DNA from: an uncultured Clostridia bacterium
Lineage (GTDB): Bacteria > Bacillota > Clostridia > TANB77 > CAG-508
Direction: 5' to 3'
Assembly (NCBI GenBank): GCA_944392425.1
Contig: CALXWM010000001.1
Coordinates: forward strand, 23,589-87,588
Length of the DNA stretch: 64,000 bases
The first letter of the stretch is position 1; each line of letters opens with the position of its first letter. Both the position numbers and the translations under genes were made by a program. This document shows positions 29,838-38,640 of the stretch, one piece after another. A model generated the notes under the pieces. It was not told the DNA's origin. It worked only from the letters and a program-made list of their open reading frames with translations, and did not search any database.

Positions 29838-31262
29838 ATGAAAGTTAAAGATATAGTAAAAATAACAAATGGAAAAATTTTATGCGGAGATGAAAAAATA
29901 CCTTGTAATCACTTTGTTAGAGATTCAAGAGAAGTCAAAGAAGGGGATGTATATGTTGCACTAAAAGGAGAAAGATTCGACGGAAACGATTTTTGTCAAT
30001 CTGCAATAGATAATGGAGCGAAAGTATGCATTGTTAGTAAAGATGTTAGAGAAAAAGAAAACGATACAAAATTAGTTAATACTGAAGCGGATAAAATAAA
30101 TAATTCGATTAAAGAAAATGAAGTAACAATTATCAAAGTAGAAGATACTCTAAAGGCATTACAAGAAATAGCAACATACAAGAGAATGCAATACAATATA
30201 CCAGTAGTAGCAGTTACTGGAAGTGTAGGCAAAACAAGTACAAAAGATTTAATTGCAAGTGTTGTATCTCAAAAATATAATACTTTAAAAACAAAAGGGA
30301 ACTATAACAATGAAATAGGACTTCCTCTTACAATACTTGGGTTAACAAATGAAGAAGCAATGGTTGTTGAAATGGGAATGAACCATTTGGGAGAAATAAG
30401 AAAATTAACCAATATAGCTAAGCCAACTGTTGCTGTTATAACAAATATAGGAACTGCACATATAGGAAATTTGGGTTCAAGAGAAAATATTTTAAAAGCT
30501 AAGTTAGAAATATTAGAGGGCTTGCAAGGAAATACTGTAGTTATAAATAACGACAATGATTTGTTACATAAATGGGTAAATGAAAACAAAGAAAAATATA
30601 ACATTATAACTTATGGAATAAAAAATAAAAGCAAATACATGGCAACAGATATTAAATCTTTTGAAGATAAAAGTGAATTTAAGGTTGTATGTGAAAAAGA
30701 TGAAAGCATAAATAACAAAATGGTTACTGTACCAGTAGGTGGAGAGCATTTTATACTAAATAGTCTTTGTGCAATTGCAGTAGGAGAGTACTTAAACGTT
30801 CCAACTGAAAAAATAATAAATGGAATTGCAAACTTAGAACTAACTAAAAAAAGAATGGAAGTTTTAACTAGTAAATCTGGAGCTACTGTTATAAATGACA
30901 CATATAATGCAAACTATGACTCTATGAAGGCTGCAATTACATATTTAAAAGAAATAAAAGATAAAAGAAAAATAGCAGTTTTAGGGGATATGCTTGAGCT
31001 AGGAGATTATTCAAAAGAGTTACACGAAAAAGTTGGGGAAGAAGTTGACGAAAGCATAGATATTTTAATAACAATTGGAAAAGAAGCAAAATATATTGCT
31101 GAAAAAGCTAAAGCTAAGCAAATTATAGAATGTAAAGATAATGAAGAAGCTGTTCGTAAATTGAAAGAATTAGAAACAAAAGATGATGCAATTTTACTCA
31201 AAGCATCAAATGGAATGAAATTTTTTGAAATTGCAACCGCACTTTGTGAGGAGGTTTTATGA
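29838..31262 (+). CDS. murF: UDP-N-acetylmuramoyl-tripeptide--D-alanyl-D-alanine ligase
   Basis: Mur ligase P-loop VAVTGSVGKTSTKD plus middle and C-terminal domains. Confidence 0.9.
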   Translation: MKVKDIVKITNGKILCGDEKIPCNHFVRDSREVKEGDVYVALKGERFDGNDFCQSAIDNGAKVCIVSKDVREKENDTKLVNTEADKINNSIKENEVTIIKVEDTLKALQEIATYKRMQYNIPVVAVTGSVGKTSTKDLIASVVSQKYNTLKTKGNYNNEIGLPLTILGLTNEEAMVVEMGMNHLGEIRKLTNIAKPTVAVITNIGTAHIGNLGSRENILKAKLEILEGLQGNTVVINNDNDLLHKWVNENKEKYNIITYGIKNKSKYMATDIKSFEDKSEFKVVCEKDESINNKMVTVPVGGEHFILNSLCAIAVGEYLNVPTEKIINGIANLELTKKRMEVLTSKSGATVINDTYNANYDSMKAAITYLKEIKDKRKIAVLGDMLELGDYSKELHEKVGEEVDESIDILITIGKEAKYIAEKAKAKQIIECKDNEEAVRKLKELETKDDAILLKASNGMKFFEIATALCEEVL

Positions 31263-32248
31263 TTAAAATAGCTGTTATTTATGGTGGAATGTCAACAGAA
31301 CATGACGTTTCTGTTGTTTCTGCAAAAAATGTTATAGATAATTTAAACATAGGAAAATATGAAATACATAAAATAGAAATTGCTAAAAATGGTGAATGGT
31401 TATCAGGTGGAAAGAGGATAAAAAACATTGTAGAAGAATTACAAAAAGTAGACGTTGTTTTTCCAGTATTACATGGTCTTTATGGAGAAGATGGAACAAT
31501 ACAAGGAATGCTAGAACTTTTAGGAGTACCTTATGTGGGTTGTAAAGTTCTTGCATCAAGCGTGTGTATGGATAAAGTATATACAAAATATATACTTAAA
31601 AATGCCAAAATAACTCAAGCTAAGTTTGTATATATAAAAAATGAAAATACATATGTAGATGATGATTTAGAAGAGATAGAACTTCAAAATGATGAAATAA
31701 TAGATGTGGTTGAGAAAAAGCTAGGATTTCCAGTGTTTGTAAAGCCATCAAATTCAGGTTCATCAGTTGGCGTAACAAAAGCAAATAATGGTGCAGAACT
31801 TATTAAAGCGTTGCAAACTGCAAGCCAATATGATAAAAAAGTTTTAATAGAAGAAGCAATTGTAGGCAAAGAAGTAGAATGTGCTGTGTTAGGAAATGAT
31901 AAAGTGCTAGCATCTACTGTAGGAGAAATATTATCTGCAGAAGATTTTTATACCTATGATGCAAAATACAATAATAGTGAGTCAAAAACAGTAATACCAG
32001 CATCTATACCAGAAGAAACAATAGAAGAGATAAAAAGACTTGCTGTTAAGGCGTTTAAAGCTGTTGATGGAAGCGGACTCGCTAGAGTAGATTTCTTCGT
32101 AGAAAAAGACACAAACAAAATATATTTGAATGAAATAAATACAATGCCGGGATTTACATCAATTAGTATGTATCCTAAATTGTGGGAACATGAAGGGTTG
32201 GAATATTCGGAATTATTAGATCAGTTGGTTAAACTAGCATTGGAATAA
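31259..32248 (+). CDS. ddl: D-alanine--D-alanine ligase
   Basis: ATP-grasp fold (EVECAVLG, LNEINTMPGFT). 4-nt overlap with murF. Confidence 0.9.
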   Translation: MIKIAVIYGGMSTEHDVSVVSAKNVIDNLNIGKYEIHKIEIAKNGEWLSGGKRIKNIVEELQKVDVVFPVLHGLYGEDGTIQGMLELLGVPYVGCKVLASSVCMDKVYTKYILKNAKITQAKFVYIKNENTYVDDDLEEIELQNDEIIDVVEKKLGFPVFVKPSNSGSSVGVTKANNGAELIKALQTASQYDKKVLIEEAIVGKEVECAVLGNDKVLASTVGEILSAEDFYTYDAKYNNSESKTVIPASIPEETIEEIKRLAVKAFKAVDGSGLARVDFFVEKDTNKIYLNEINTMPGFTSISMYPKLWEHEGLEYSELLDQLVKLALE

Positions 32249-32315
32249 TAAATTTAATATAATGTTTCAATATATATTCTCTCTCATTTAATTATTATGT
32301 AAGAAAGGCTTATTT

Positions 32316-32885
32316 ATGGTAGAAGATCTTGAATTATTAAAAGAAGAAATTAAAGAAAAATTAACAGAAAAAAGATATGCACACAGCATTGGAGTAATGG
32401 ATATGTGTGAAAAACTTGCGAATCATTATGGCGGAGATGTAAAAAGAGCAAAATTAGTAGGCTTAGTACATGACATGGCAAAAGAAATGACAGATGAAGA
32501 AATGCTTAATTATGTTAAGAAAAATAAAATAAAAATTACAGAAACAGAAAAAGCTATACCGCAAATATTGCACGGAAAAATAGCAGCAGATTTAGCGAAG
32601 AAAAAATATGATTTTGATGATGAAATGTGCAAAGCCATAGCTTGTCATACAACTGGAAAAGAAAATATGACATTACTTCAAAAAATACTATTTGTTGCTG
32701 ACAAGACTGATGAGACTAGAAAGTATGAAGGTGCAGAAGAATTAAGAAGTCTAGCATTTGAAAGCTTAGATAAAGCTGTTATAAAAAACATAGATGATAC
32801 TTTAAAAATAAATATAGATAAAGGAAAAGTTATTATTGAAGAAAGCATTAAAACGAGGAATTATTTGCTGATGAATAATAATTAG
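32316..32885 (+). CDS. yqeK: HD-domain bis(5'-nucleosyl)-tetraphosphatase YqeK
   Basis: HD motifs HSIGV...VHDMAK...DKTDE. Confidence 0.75.
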   Translation: MVEDLELLKEEIKEKLTEKRYAHSIGVMDMCEKLANHYGGDVKRAKLVGLVHDMAKEMTDEEMLNYVKKNKIKITETEKAIPQILHGKIAADLAKKKYDFDDEMCKAIACHTTGKENMTLLQKILFVADKTDETRKYEGAEELRSLAFESLDKAVIKNIDDTLKINIDKGKVIIEESIKTRNYLLMNNN

Positions 32886-32908
32886 AACTAATTAAACAAG
32901 TTTGAAGT

Positions 32909-32940
32909 AGCTGTTTTGTGGCACCTATCCCAAAACAGCT
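32909..32940. terminator. Inverted-repeat hairpin downstream of yqeK
   Basis: AGCTGTTTTG-TGGCACCTATCC-CAAAACAGCT. No T-run, so it may be structural rather than a canonical terminator. Confidence 0.35.
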
Positions 32941-32970
32941 AAAATGTAATTGCAAAAATAAAATAAAAAA

Positions 32971-32997
32971 ATATATAATTAAGGAGTAAATTCTAAT
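32971..32997. repeat. Left copy of a ~30-bp direct repeat bracketing the second Rpn gene
   Basis: ATATATAATTAAGGAGTAAATTCTAAT, repeated at 34333-34369 with an 8-bp insertion. Confidence 0.6.
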
Positions 32998-33020
32998 ATT
33001 TGTCATTTTTTGTCATATCT

Positions 33021-33096
33021 TGTCGAAAAAAGTCGACGAAAAAGTGAAATAAATTTGTCAAAATATATTGACATAAAAAATTAAAAAATGTAAAAT
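33021..33096 (+). promoter_or_regulatory. Second copy of the Spo0A-box-like tandem motif plus sigma-A promoter module
   Basis: TGTCGAAAAAAGTCGACGAAAAA at 33021-33043. TTGACA 33068-33073, 17 bp, TGTAAAAT 33089-33096. Confidence 0.5.
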
Positions 33097-33409
33097 ATAA
33101 CCATAAATTTTAATCAAGAAATTAATTTCAAAGTTAATTTATTCTATATTTTTTCAATAAGACAAAAATCATTTTAAAAGGAGGTGAACTTTTAAGCGAA
33201 GGACAAAAAATTAATTGTAAAAGATAAAATTTATAATATACTAAAATTTGTATCAAATAATTTCGGTCGACAAGTTTATTTATTTTAATTCAATATATTT
33301 TATATCTATGTTATATCAAATATGTAGAAACAAGAAAAATAAAAATAAACAAAAATAAAAAGTAGTTGAAAAATCGTAATATATTTGATACAATAGAAAC
33401 GGAGAACAT

Positions 33410-34225
33410 ATGTCAAATATTAAAGTAAACAAAGTTGACGCACCACTTTTAGATGATTATGTCTTTAAGCGTACATTTACAAGAGATGATCCAAATGGAA
33501 TACTTAAAGATTTTTTAGAAGCAGTATTAAAAATAAAAATACATAATGTACAAGTATTGAATGCAGAAATACCAAAGGACTTGTTAGATGAAAGAGGAAG
33601 CGTTTTAGATGTTAGAGCGGAGTTAGACAATAATAGAATTGTAGATATCGAGATGCAAGTAAATGATGAAGGCAACATAGATAAACGCAGTTCAGTGTAT
33701 ATGAGTAAAAATATTTCGACTCAAATAAAAGTTAGAGAAGATTATAAAGGCTTAAAACCATCAATAGTGATAAACATTTTAAATTTTAATAGATATAAGA
33801 GAAATAGCTACCACTCAGTGGCACATATGAAATTTGAAAAAACAAGTCAAGAAGAATATGTAGACTTAGGATACAAAAAGGAAGAAGAAAATGCAACAGA
33901 TGTGCTAGAAATGCACTTTATAGAATTGCCAAAATTTTTAAAGAAAAATCCTGAAGCAAAGACTAGCCTAGAGCAATGGCTATGGCTGATAGCAGGAAGG
34001 GAGGACAAAGTAAAAATGTCAAAGTTAGATAATCCAGAAGTAAAAAAAGCGATGAAGTTGGTAGATGAAATAATGTCAGACCCAAAAGAAAGAGAAATAA
34101 TCGAAGCAAGAGCAATGGCAAAGTTTAACTATGACACAGGAGTAGCATATGCCAAAGAAACTGGCAAAAAAGAGCGGAATTCAAGAAAACAAAAAAGAAA
34201 TGGCCAAAAGGATGAAACAACTTAA
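33410..34225 (+). CDS. Rpn-family PD-(D/E)XK nuclease paralog. Its C-terminal helix continues in the +1 frame to 34298 (frameshifted).
   Basis: N-region matches the 17053 paralog (DYVFKRTF...IVDIEMQ). After the stop at 34223-34225, the alternate frame reads AKRMKQLKMADDQICQILNISTEELKKLIND, matching the conserved family C-terminus. A poly-A run at 34156-34162 is the likely slip site. Confidence 0.65.
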   Translation: MSNIKVNKVDAPLLDDYVFKRTFTRDDPNGILKDFLEAVLKIKIHNVQVLNAEIPKDLLDERGSVLDVRAELDNNRIVDIEMQVNDEGNIDKRSSVYMSKNISTQIKVREDYKGLKPSIVINILNFNRYKRNSYHSVAHMKFEKTSQEEYVDLGYKKEEENATDVLEMHFIELPKFLKKNPEAKTSLEQWLWLIAGREDKVKMSKLDNPEVKKAMKLVDEIMSDPKEREIIEARAMAKFNYDTGVAYAKETGKKERNSRKQKRNGQKDETT

Positions 34226-34332
34226 AATGGCAGATGATCAAATATGCCAGATATTAAATATATCAACAGAAGAATTAAAAAAGCTGATTAATGACTAAAG
34301 GTGTTTTTGAATTGCAATTTAGATAAAAAGAA

Positions 34333-34369
34333 TATATAATTAAGAAAAATTTAAGGAGTAAATTCTAAT
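34333..34369. repeat. Right copy of the direct repeat, followed by a (TA)8-9 microsatellite at 34399-34415
   Basis: ATATATAATTAAG-AAAAATTT-AAGGAGTAAATTCTAAT. AAGGAG plus ATG opens a 19-codon ORF that runs through the TA tract. Confidence 0.55.
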
Positions 34370-34553
34370 GACAAAAATCGCTGAAAGCCTTGGGGCTGTA
34401 TATATATATATATATCGTAGGATTTAACAAAGTAAATTTATGTGAACATAGAGAAAAAACTATGCTTTTTAGACGTACTAAAATTGTCTAATCGGCATAA
34501 TTTTTTTTGTGAAAAATAAGAATTTTAAGAAAACAGGAGGAAATTTTAAGTCT

Positions 34554-35879
34554 ATGAAAAAATTAAGTAATAAGCAAAAATTAGTGAGTGGAATAGCAAT
34601 AATTTTGGTAGCTATTATAATAGCAATAATAGTTACAACAAATGTAATAAATAACAATGTTGGAACTGAAAGCTATTTAGTTACAACTGCAAATGCAAAC
34701 TCAAATTTAGTTGCTAGTTACATAAAATGGGGAATAACCATAGGTGGCATAACAGGCACTCTAGAAAGCCTAAACACATTTGATGCTACAGCTACTGCAG
34801 AAGATATAATTTGGGGAGAAACAGCATATGTAAAAGGTGAAAAAATTACAGGAACAAAAGTAGTAACAGTGGCACAAGCACAAGAATCACAAAAAGTATT
34901 TGAAGAAAATACAGTTCTAATAGATGATTATGGAAATAGTGTAAAGGTACCTGAAGGTTTTAAAATAGCAGAAGATTCAGCAACAGCAGTTACAGAAGGA
35001 GTAGTAATAGAAGACTTTTCTGCAGAAGGAGCAACAGAATACACAAAAGGAAGTCAGTTTGTCTGGGTGCCCATAGGAGATATAAAAACAAATGATAATG
35101 GAGACATATCGTCTATCGAATTAGGAAGATACTCATTTTCAAGTGATGGAAAAGAAACATTAATACAAGAAGGATTGAATTGGAGTGATACATCTAACTC
35201 AGTAGTAATAGAAGAAACAACAGGAGAATCTATGAAAGAGTTGTCAAGTAGTACTTATGGTAATGCAACATCAAAAGACTTAGGAGAATTTGTAACAAAA
35301 GCTTTGAATAGTAGAGGCTACTATATTGGCAGATATGAAGCGGGAGATGCATATGCGACAAATTCTCCAAGAACAGGTTCTCCAAATGTATCAAATTACA
35401 ATAATCCTATTACATGCAAAAAAGAAGTATATCCATATAATTATATAAATCAATCAGATGCATCAAAATTGTGCCAAGGTATGTATAACAATGATGATTT
35501 CAAAAGTGATTTAGTAAACAGTTATGCATGGGATACAGCGATAGTATTTATACAAACATTTAGTAATGACAAAAATTATTCTGTGCAGTCAGGAATAAAT
35601 ACAGCAAAAAAAATTCAAAAATGTGGTGAAAGTATATTAGAAAATTTAGACACAGGAGATGATGTGAATGATAGAAGATGTAATATATATGATATGGCGG
35701 GAAATATGTATGAGCTTTCAACTGAATGTTGCTTTACAGGTAATAATCATTGTGTAAGAAGAGGAGGGTGTTTTGATACTCCTGAAGGTTATTATGGTAT
35801 GTTAGTAAATGATCGTGCTAGTTGCAATCAACTGTCTGCCATTGATTTTTATTCATTTAGACCAATTCTATATTTATAA
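34554..35879 (+). CDS. Membrane-anchored surface protein with C-terminal FGE-sulfatase/SUMF1-like domain
   Basis: N-terminal TM (IAIILVAIIIAIIV). C-terminal motifs NIYDMAGNMYELS and HCVRRGGCF resemble the formylglycine-generating-enzyme fold. Confidence 0.55.
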   Translation: MKKLSNKQKLVSGIAIILVAIIIAIIVTTNVINNNVGTESYLVTTANANSNLVASYIKWGITIGGITGTLESLNTFDATATAEDIIWGETAYVKGEKITGTKVVTVAQAQESQKVFEENTVLIDDYGNSVKVPEGFKIAEDSATAVTEGVVIEDFSAEGATEYTKGSQFVWVPIGDIKTNDNGDISSIELGRYSFSSDGKETLIQEGLNWSDTSNSVVIEETTGESMKELSSSTYGNATSKDLGEFVTKALNSRGYYIGRYEAGDAYATNSPRTGSPNVSNYNNPITCKKEVYPYNYINQSDASKLCQGMYNNDDFKSDLVNSYAWDTAIVFIQTFSNDKNYSVQSGINTAKKIQKCGESILENLDTGDDVNDRRCNIYDMAGNMYELSTECCFTGNNHCVRRGGCFDTPEGYYGMLVNDRASCNQLSAIDFYSFRPILYL

Positions 35880-35904
35880 AATAAATACATTTGCACATAA
35901 AAAA

Positions 35905-35941
35905 GCGGAATATGGTCATTGCTTTATTGCCGTTTTTTTTA
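35905..35941 (+). terminator. Rho-independent terminator
   Basis: GCGGAAT...ATTGCCG followed by TTTTTTTT. Confidence 0.55.
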
Positions 35942-36116
35942 TACATAAGAATGTTTATGAAAAATAACTAACTTTGTCAAATTTTATCGAAATAACTAGG
36001 CTAATTAATTGTACTCAAAATCTTGACGAAACATCATTAAAATAGTATTATAAAGGAGTGACGATGATTTAATAAAAAGAGAAGGAACAGTATCAAAAGT
36101 AATAGTATTAGACAGA

Positions 36117-36476
36117 TTGAACAAAAGAAAAATAATATATAATATAAATGAAATAATATTAGAAATATATAAAACATTAAAAAATACAGAAGAAAAAGAA
36201 ATAATAGAAAATTACATAAGATCTTCATTAACAGAACTTATAAATAATGCACAACTAGATGAAGTTATAAAGAAAATAAATAAAAATGAAGGAGGAGAGA
36301 ATAGTATGTTAAGACAAACTATAATAGAAATGATTGAAGATGGAAAAGAATCTGGCATAAGCCAAGTAGCAATTAATATGTTGAAACAAAAACATAAAAA
36401 AGAAGAAATACAAAAATGTACGGGCTTAAGTTATGCTAAAATAACAAAGTTAGAAAAATCATTACAAAATGCATAA
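36117..36476 (+). CDS. Stand-alone Rpn-family C-terminal (DUF4351-like) domain protein: candidate RpnS-like small protein or gene remnant
   Basis: The C-terminus GKESGISQVAINMLKQKHKKEEIQKCTGLSYAKITKLEKSL matches the terminal helix of the two Rpn paralogs. Internal Met at 36306. Upstream: TGTCAAATTTTATCGAAA motifs, TTGACG, 17 bp, TATTAT. Confidence 0.5.
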   Translation: MNKRKIIYNINEIILEIYKTLKNTEEKEIIENYIRSSLTELINNAQLDEVIKKINKNEGGENSMLRQTIIEMIEDGKESGISQVAINMLKQKHKKEEIQKCTGLSYAKITKLEKSLQNA

Positions 36477-36696
36477 AAATCTTTCTATAAAATTTCCCTA
36501 AAACTAATGAAATTTGAAAATATATATGATATAATAAAAATGCCATTTATTTTAAACTGCATTAATCACAATGCAAAATTAAACAAAATGGCATTTGCTA
36601 CTTTTTAAAACATAGAAAAATATTTAATTTTAGCTATATTTTAAAAGTTTCCATTAAAATATGTTTATGCATATTTAACAGAGTGGAGGATGTTAA

Positions 36697-37578
36697 ATGA
36701 GTTTTAAGGATTACTATAATGTACTTGGACTAAATTCGAATAAAGTAACGCTAGATGAAATAAAATTTGCATATAGGGAACAAGCAAAAAAGTACCATCC
36801 AGATATGCATGCAGGAGATAGCGTACTTGAAGAAAAATTCAAAGAAATAAATGAAGCATATAGAATTTTATCAGACCCTAAGTCAAGAAAAAGATATGAT
36901 AGAAATTGGTTTATATACACAGAAAGAAAAAAGAGACTACAAAATAAAGATAGAGAAGTAAAAAAATCTTTTAAAGAAAAAATGATTGATATATTATTTG
37001 GAATGACTATACCAAAAGATCAAACTTCAAAAAAAGTTAAAGAACCTATAAATGGTGAAAACATAGAGACAGAAGTTGATGTTAATGTTGTGGAAGCTTT
37101 TAATGGTGTTTCAAAAAAACTAAAATTATTAGCTGTAGACGGAAAAACAAAAACCTTTAACTTAAATATTCCAGAAGGAGTACAAGATGGAGATAAAATT
37201 AGATTTATTGGTCAAGGAAAGCCTGGAAAAAATAATGGTGATAGAGGGGATTTGCTAGTTAAAGTAAAAATCACCAATACAAAAGAGTTTAAATTAGTTG
37301 GGGCAGATATTTATACCGAAATTTCAATATCTCCATGGCAAGCAGCATTAGGAACAAAATTAAATTTGCAGTCCATAGATGGTGAAATTTCATTAGTGGT
37401 TCCAAAAGGAACAGAAAGTGGAGAAAAATTTACTATAAAAGGAAAAGGATATAAATTTGGTAGAGGAAATAGAGGCAATTTTTATATTATTACTAAAATA
37501 GTAGTTCCTAAAAAATTAACAGAAAAGCAGTTGGAACTTTATAATGAATTAAAAGAAATTGATGAAAAAATATCTTAA
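36697..37578 (+). CDS. DnaJ-domain protein (CbpA-like: J-domain plus DnaJ C-terminal domains, no zinc finger)
   Basis: J-domain with HPD (YHPDMH). Two DnaJ_C beta-domains (GDKIRFIGQG..GDRGDLLVKVKI). Confidence 0.75.
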   Translation: MSFKDYYNVLGLNSNKVTLDEIKFAYREQAKKYHPDMHAGDSVLEEKFKEINEAYRILSDPKSRKRYDRNWFIYTERKKRLQNKDREVKKSFKEKMIDILFGMTIPKDQTSKKVKEPINGENIETEVDVNVVEAFNGVSKKLKLLAVDGKTKTFNLNIPEGVQDGDKIRFIGQGKPGKNNGDRGDLLVKVKITNTKEFKLVGADIYTEISISPWQAALGTKLNLQSIDGEISLVVPKGTESGEKFTIKGKGYKFGRGNRGNFYIITKIVVPKKLTEKQLELYNELKEIDEKIS

Positions 37579-37682
37579 AAACTTGAAATATGCATGTTTC
37601 ACAATTTTAGTTGACATATTATACATAATGTAGTATAATAAAATTGTTGAACTAATGAGAAATAGAGAAAAGAGGTGCTAAG

Positions 37683-38195
37683 ATGACTGATGAATTTCAA
37701 GGTAAAAGTTTTAGTATAACTGATCCACAAGGGGTAAATACAGTTATATATAGAATTAACAGAACAGCCAAGGAATTACAAAAGCAGTATCCAAAATATA
37801 CTGTTGAAAGATTAGTGTACTCTGAAGAAATGAATGGCAATATGAAAAAGAAAACCTTTTATGTTGATTATCCAGAGCCAGAAGGAGAAGACTTAGTAAT
37901 ATTATCTTTTGGACAAGAAAAAGTAGTTGTCAATATGGGATTACTTAAAGATAATAAATTAAAAATATCTAAAAGACCTATTCCAGTCAAATTTGACACT
38001 GTTTATTCAGAAACCCCAATGGAAATGAAAGACTTTAATTATACGCCAAACTTACAAAGAGCGTTTACAATTATCGACCCCGAAACAACAGAAGAGGTTA
38101 AGCCAAAATTATACATAGATAGTCAAACAAATGAAGTCAAAGGAAAATGTAAATTACAACCATACAAATCTTATTTCACTTTTGAAATAAAATAA
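37683..38195 (+). CDS. Hypothetical protein (170 aa)
   Basis: Intact ORF with RBS AGAGGTG. No recognisable motif. Confidence 0.45.
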   Translation: MTDEFQGKSFSITDPQGVNTVIYRINRTAKELQKQYPKYTVERLVYSEEMNGNMKKKTFYVDYPEPEGEDLVILSFGQEKVVVNMGLLKDNKLKISKRPIPVKFDTVYSETPMEMKDFNYTPNLQRAFTIIDPETTEEVKPKLYIDSQTNEVKGKCKLQPYKSYFTFEIK

Positions 38196-38209
38196 AGGAG
38201 GATTATTTA

Positions 38210-38581
38210 GTGGAAGGAACAAATAATGAGAGACCAACAGTAAGAGCTTCAGCATTATATTTTGTACCTGAAAGAACTACAGAAAAAGTTGGTAGTGCTG
38301 TTCAAGGAAATGCTGATGTAAAAGAAAGCCCAGAAGAAATAGTTAACTTGGGTGGACTTGAAATAGATGTTAGAGATCTTGAACTAAATATTTTATCTCA
38401 AGATAAACAAGAACAAATAAAAGACAATATGAAGAAAAGAATAACAGACTACTTCTTAGATCTAAATGTAAAAGAAAAATTGTCTAAACCAGTAAATAAA
38501 GAAGCAGTTGTGCAAAGCAATAAAAACTTATATACACCTAATGAAGCAATTAGACCAAATAGCGATTCTATAGAAAAATAA
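38210..38581 (+). CDS. Hypothetical acidic protein (123 aa, GTG start)
   Basis: RBS AAAGGAGGA 6 nt before the GTG. Tightly linked to the preceding ORF. Confidence 0.4.
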   Translation: MEGTNNERPTVRASALYFVPERTTEKVGSAVQGNADVKESPEEIVNLGGLEIDVRDLELNILSQDKQEQIKDNMKKRITDYFLDLNVKEKLSKPVNKEAVVQSNKNLYTPNEAIRPNSDSIEK

Positions 38582-38640
38582 TTTCTAAGGTTTTTATTAA
38601 GAAAAGGTATAAAAAATCATAACCAATGAGAAGGTAGATT

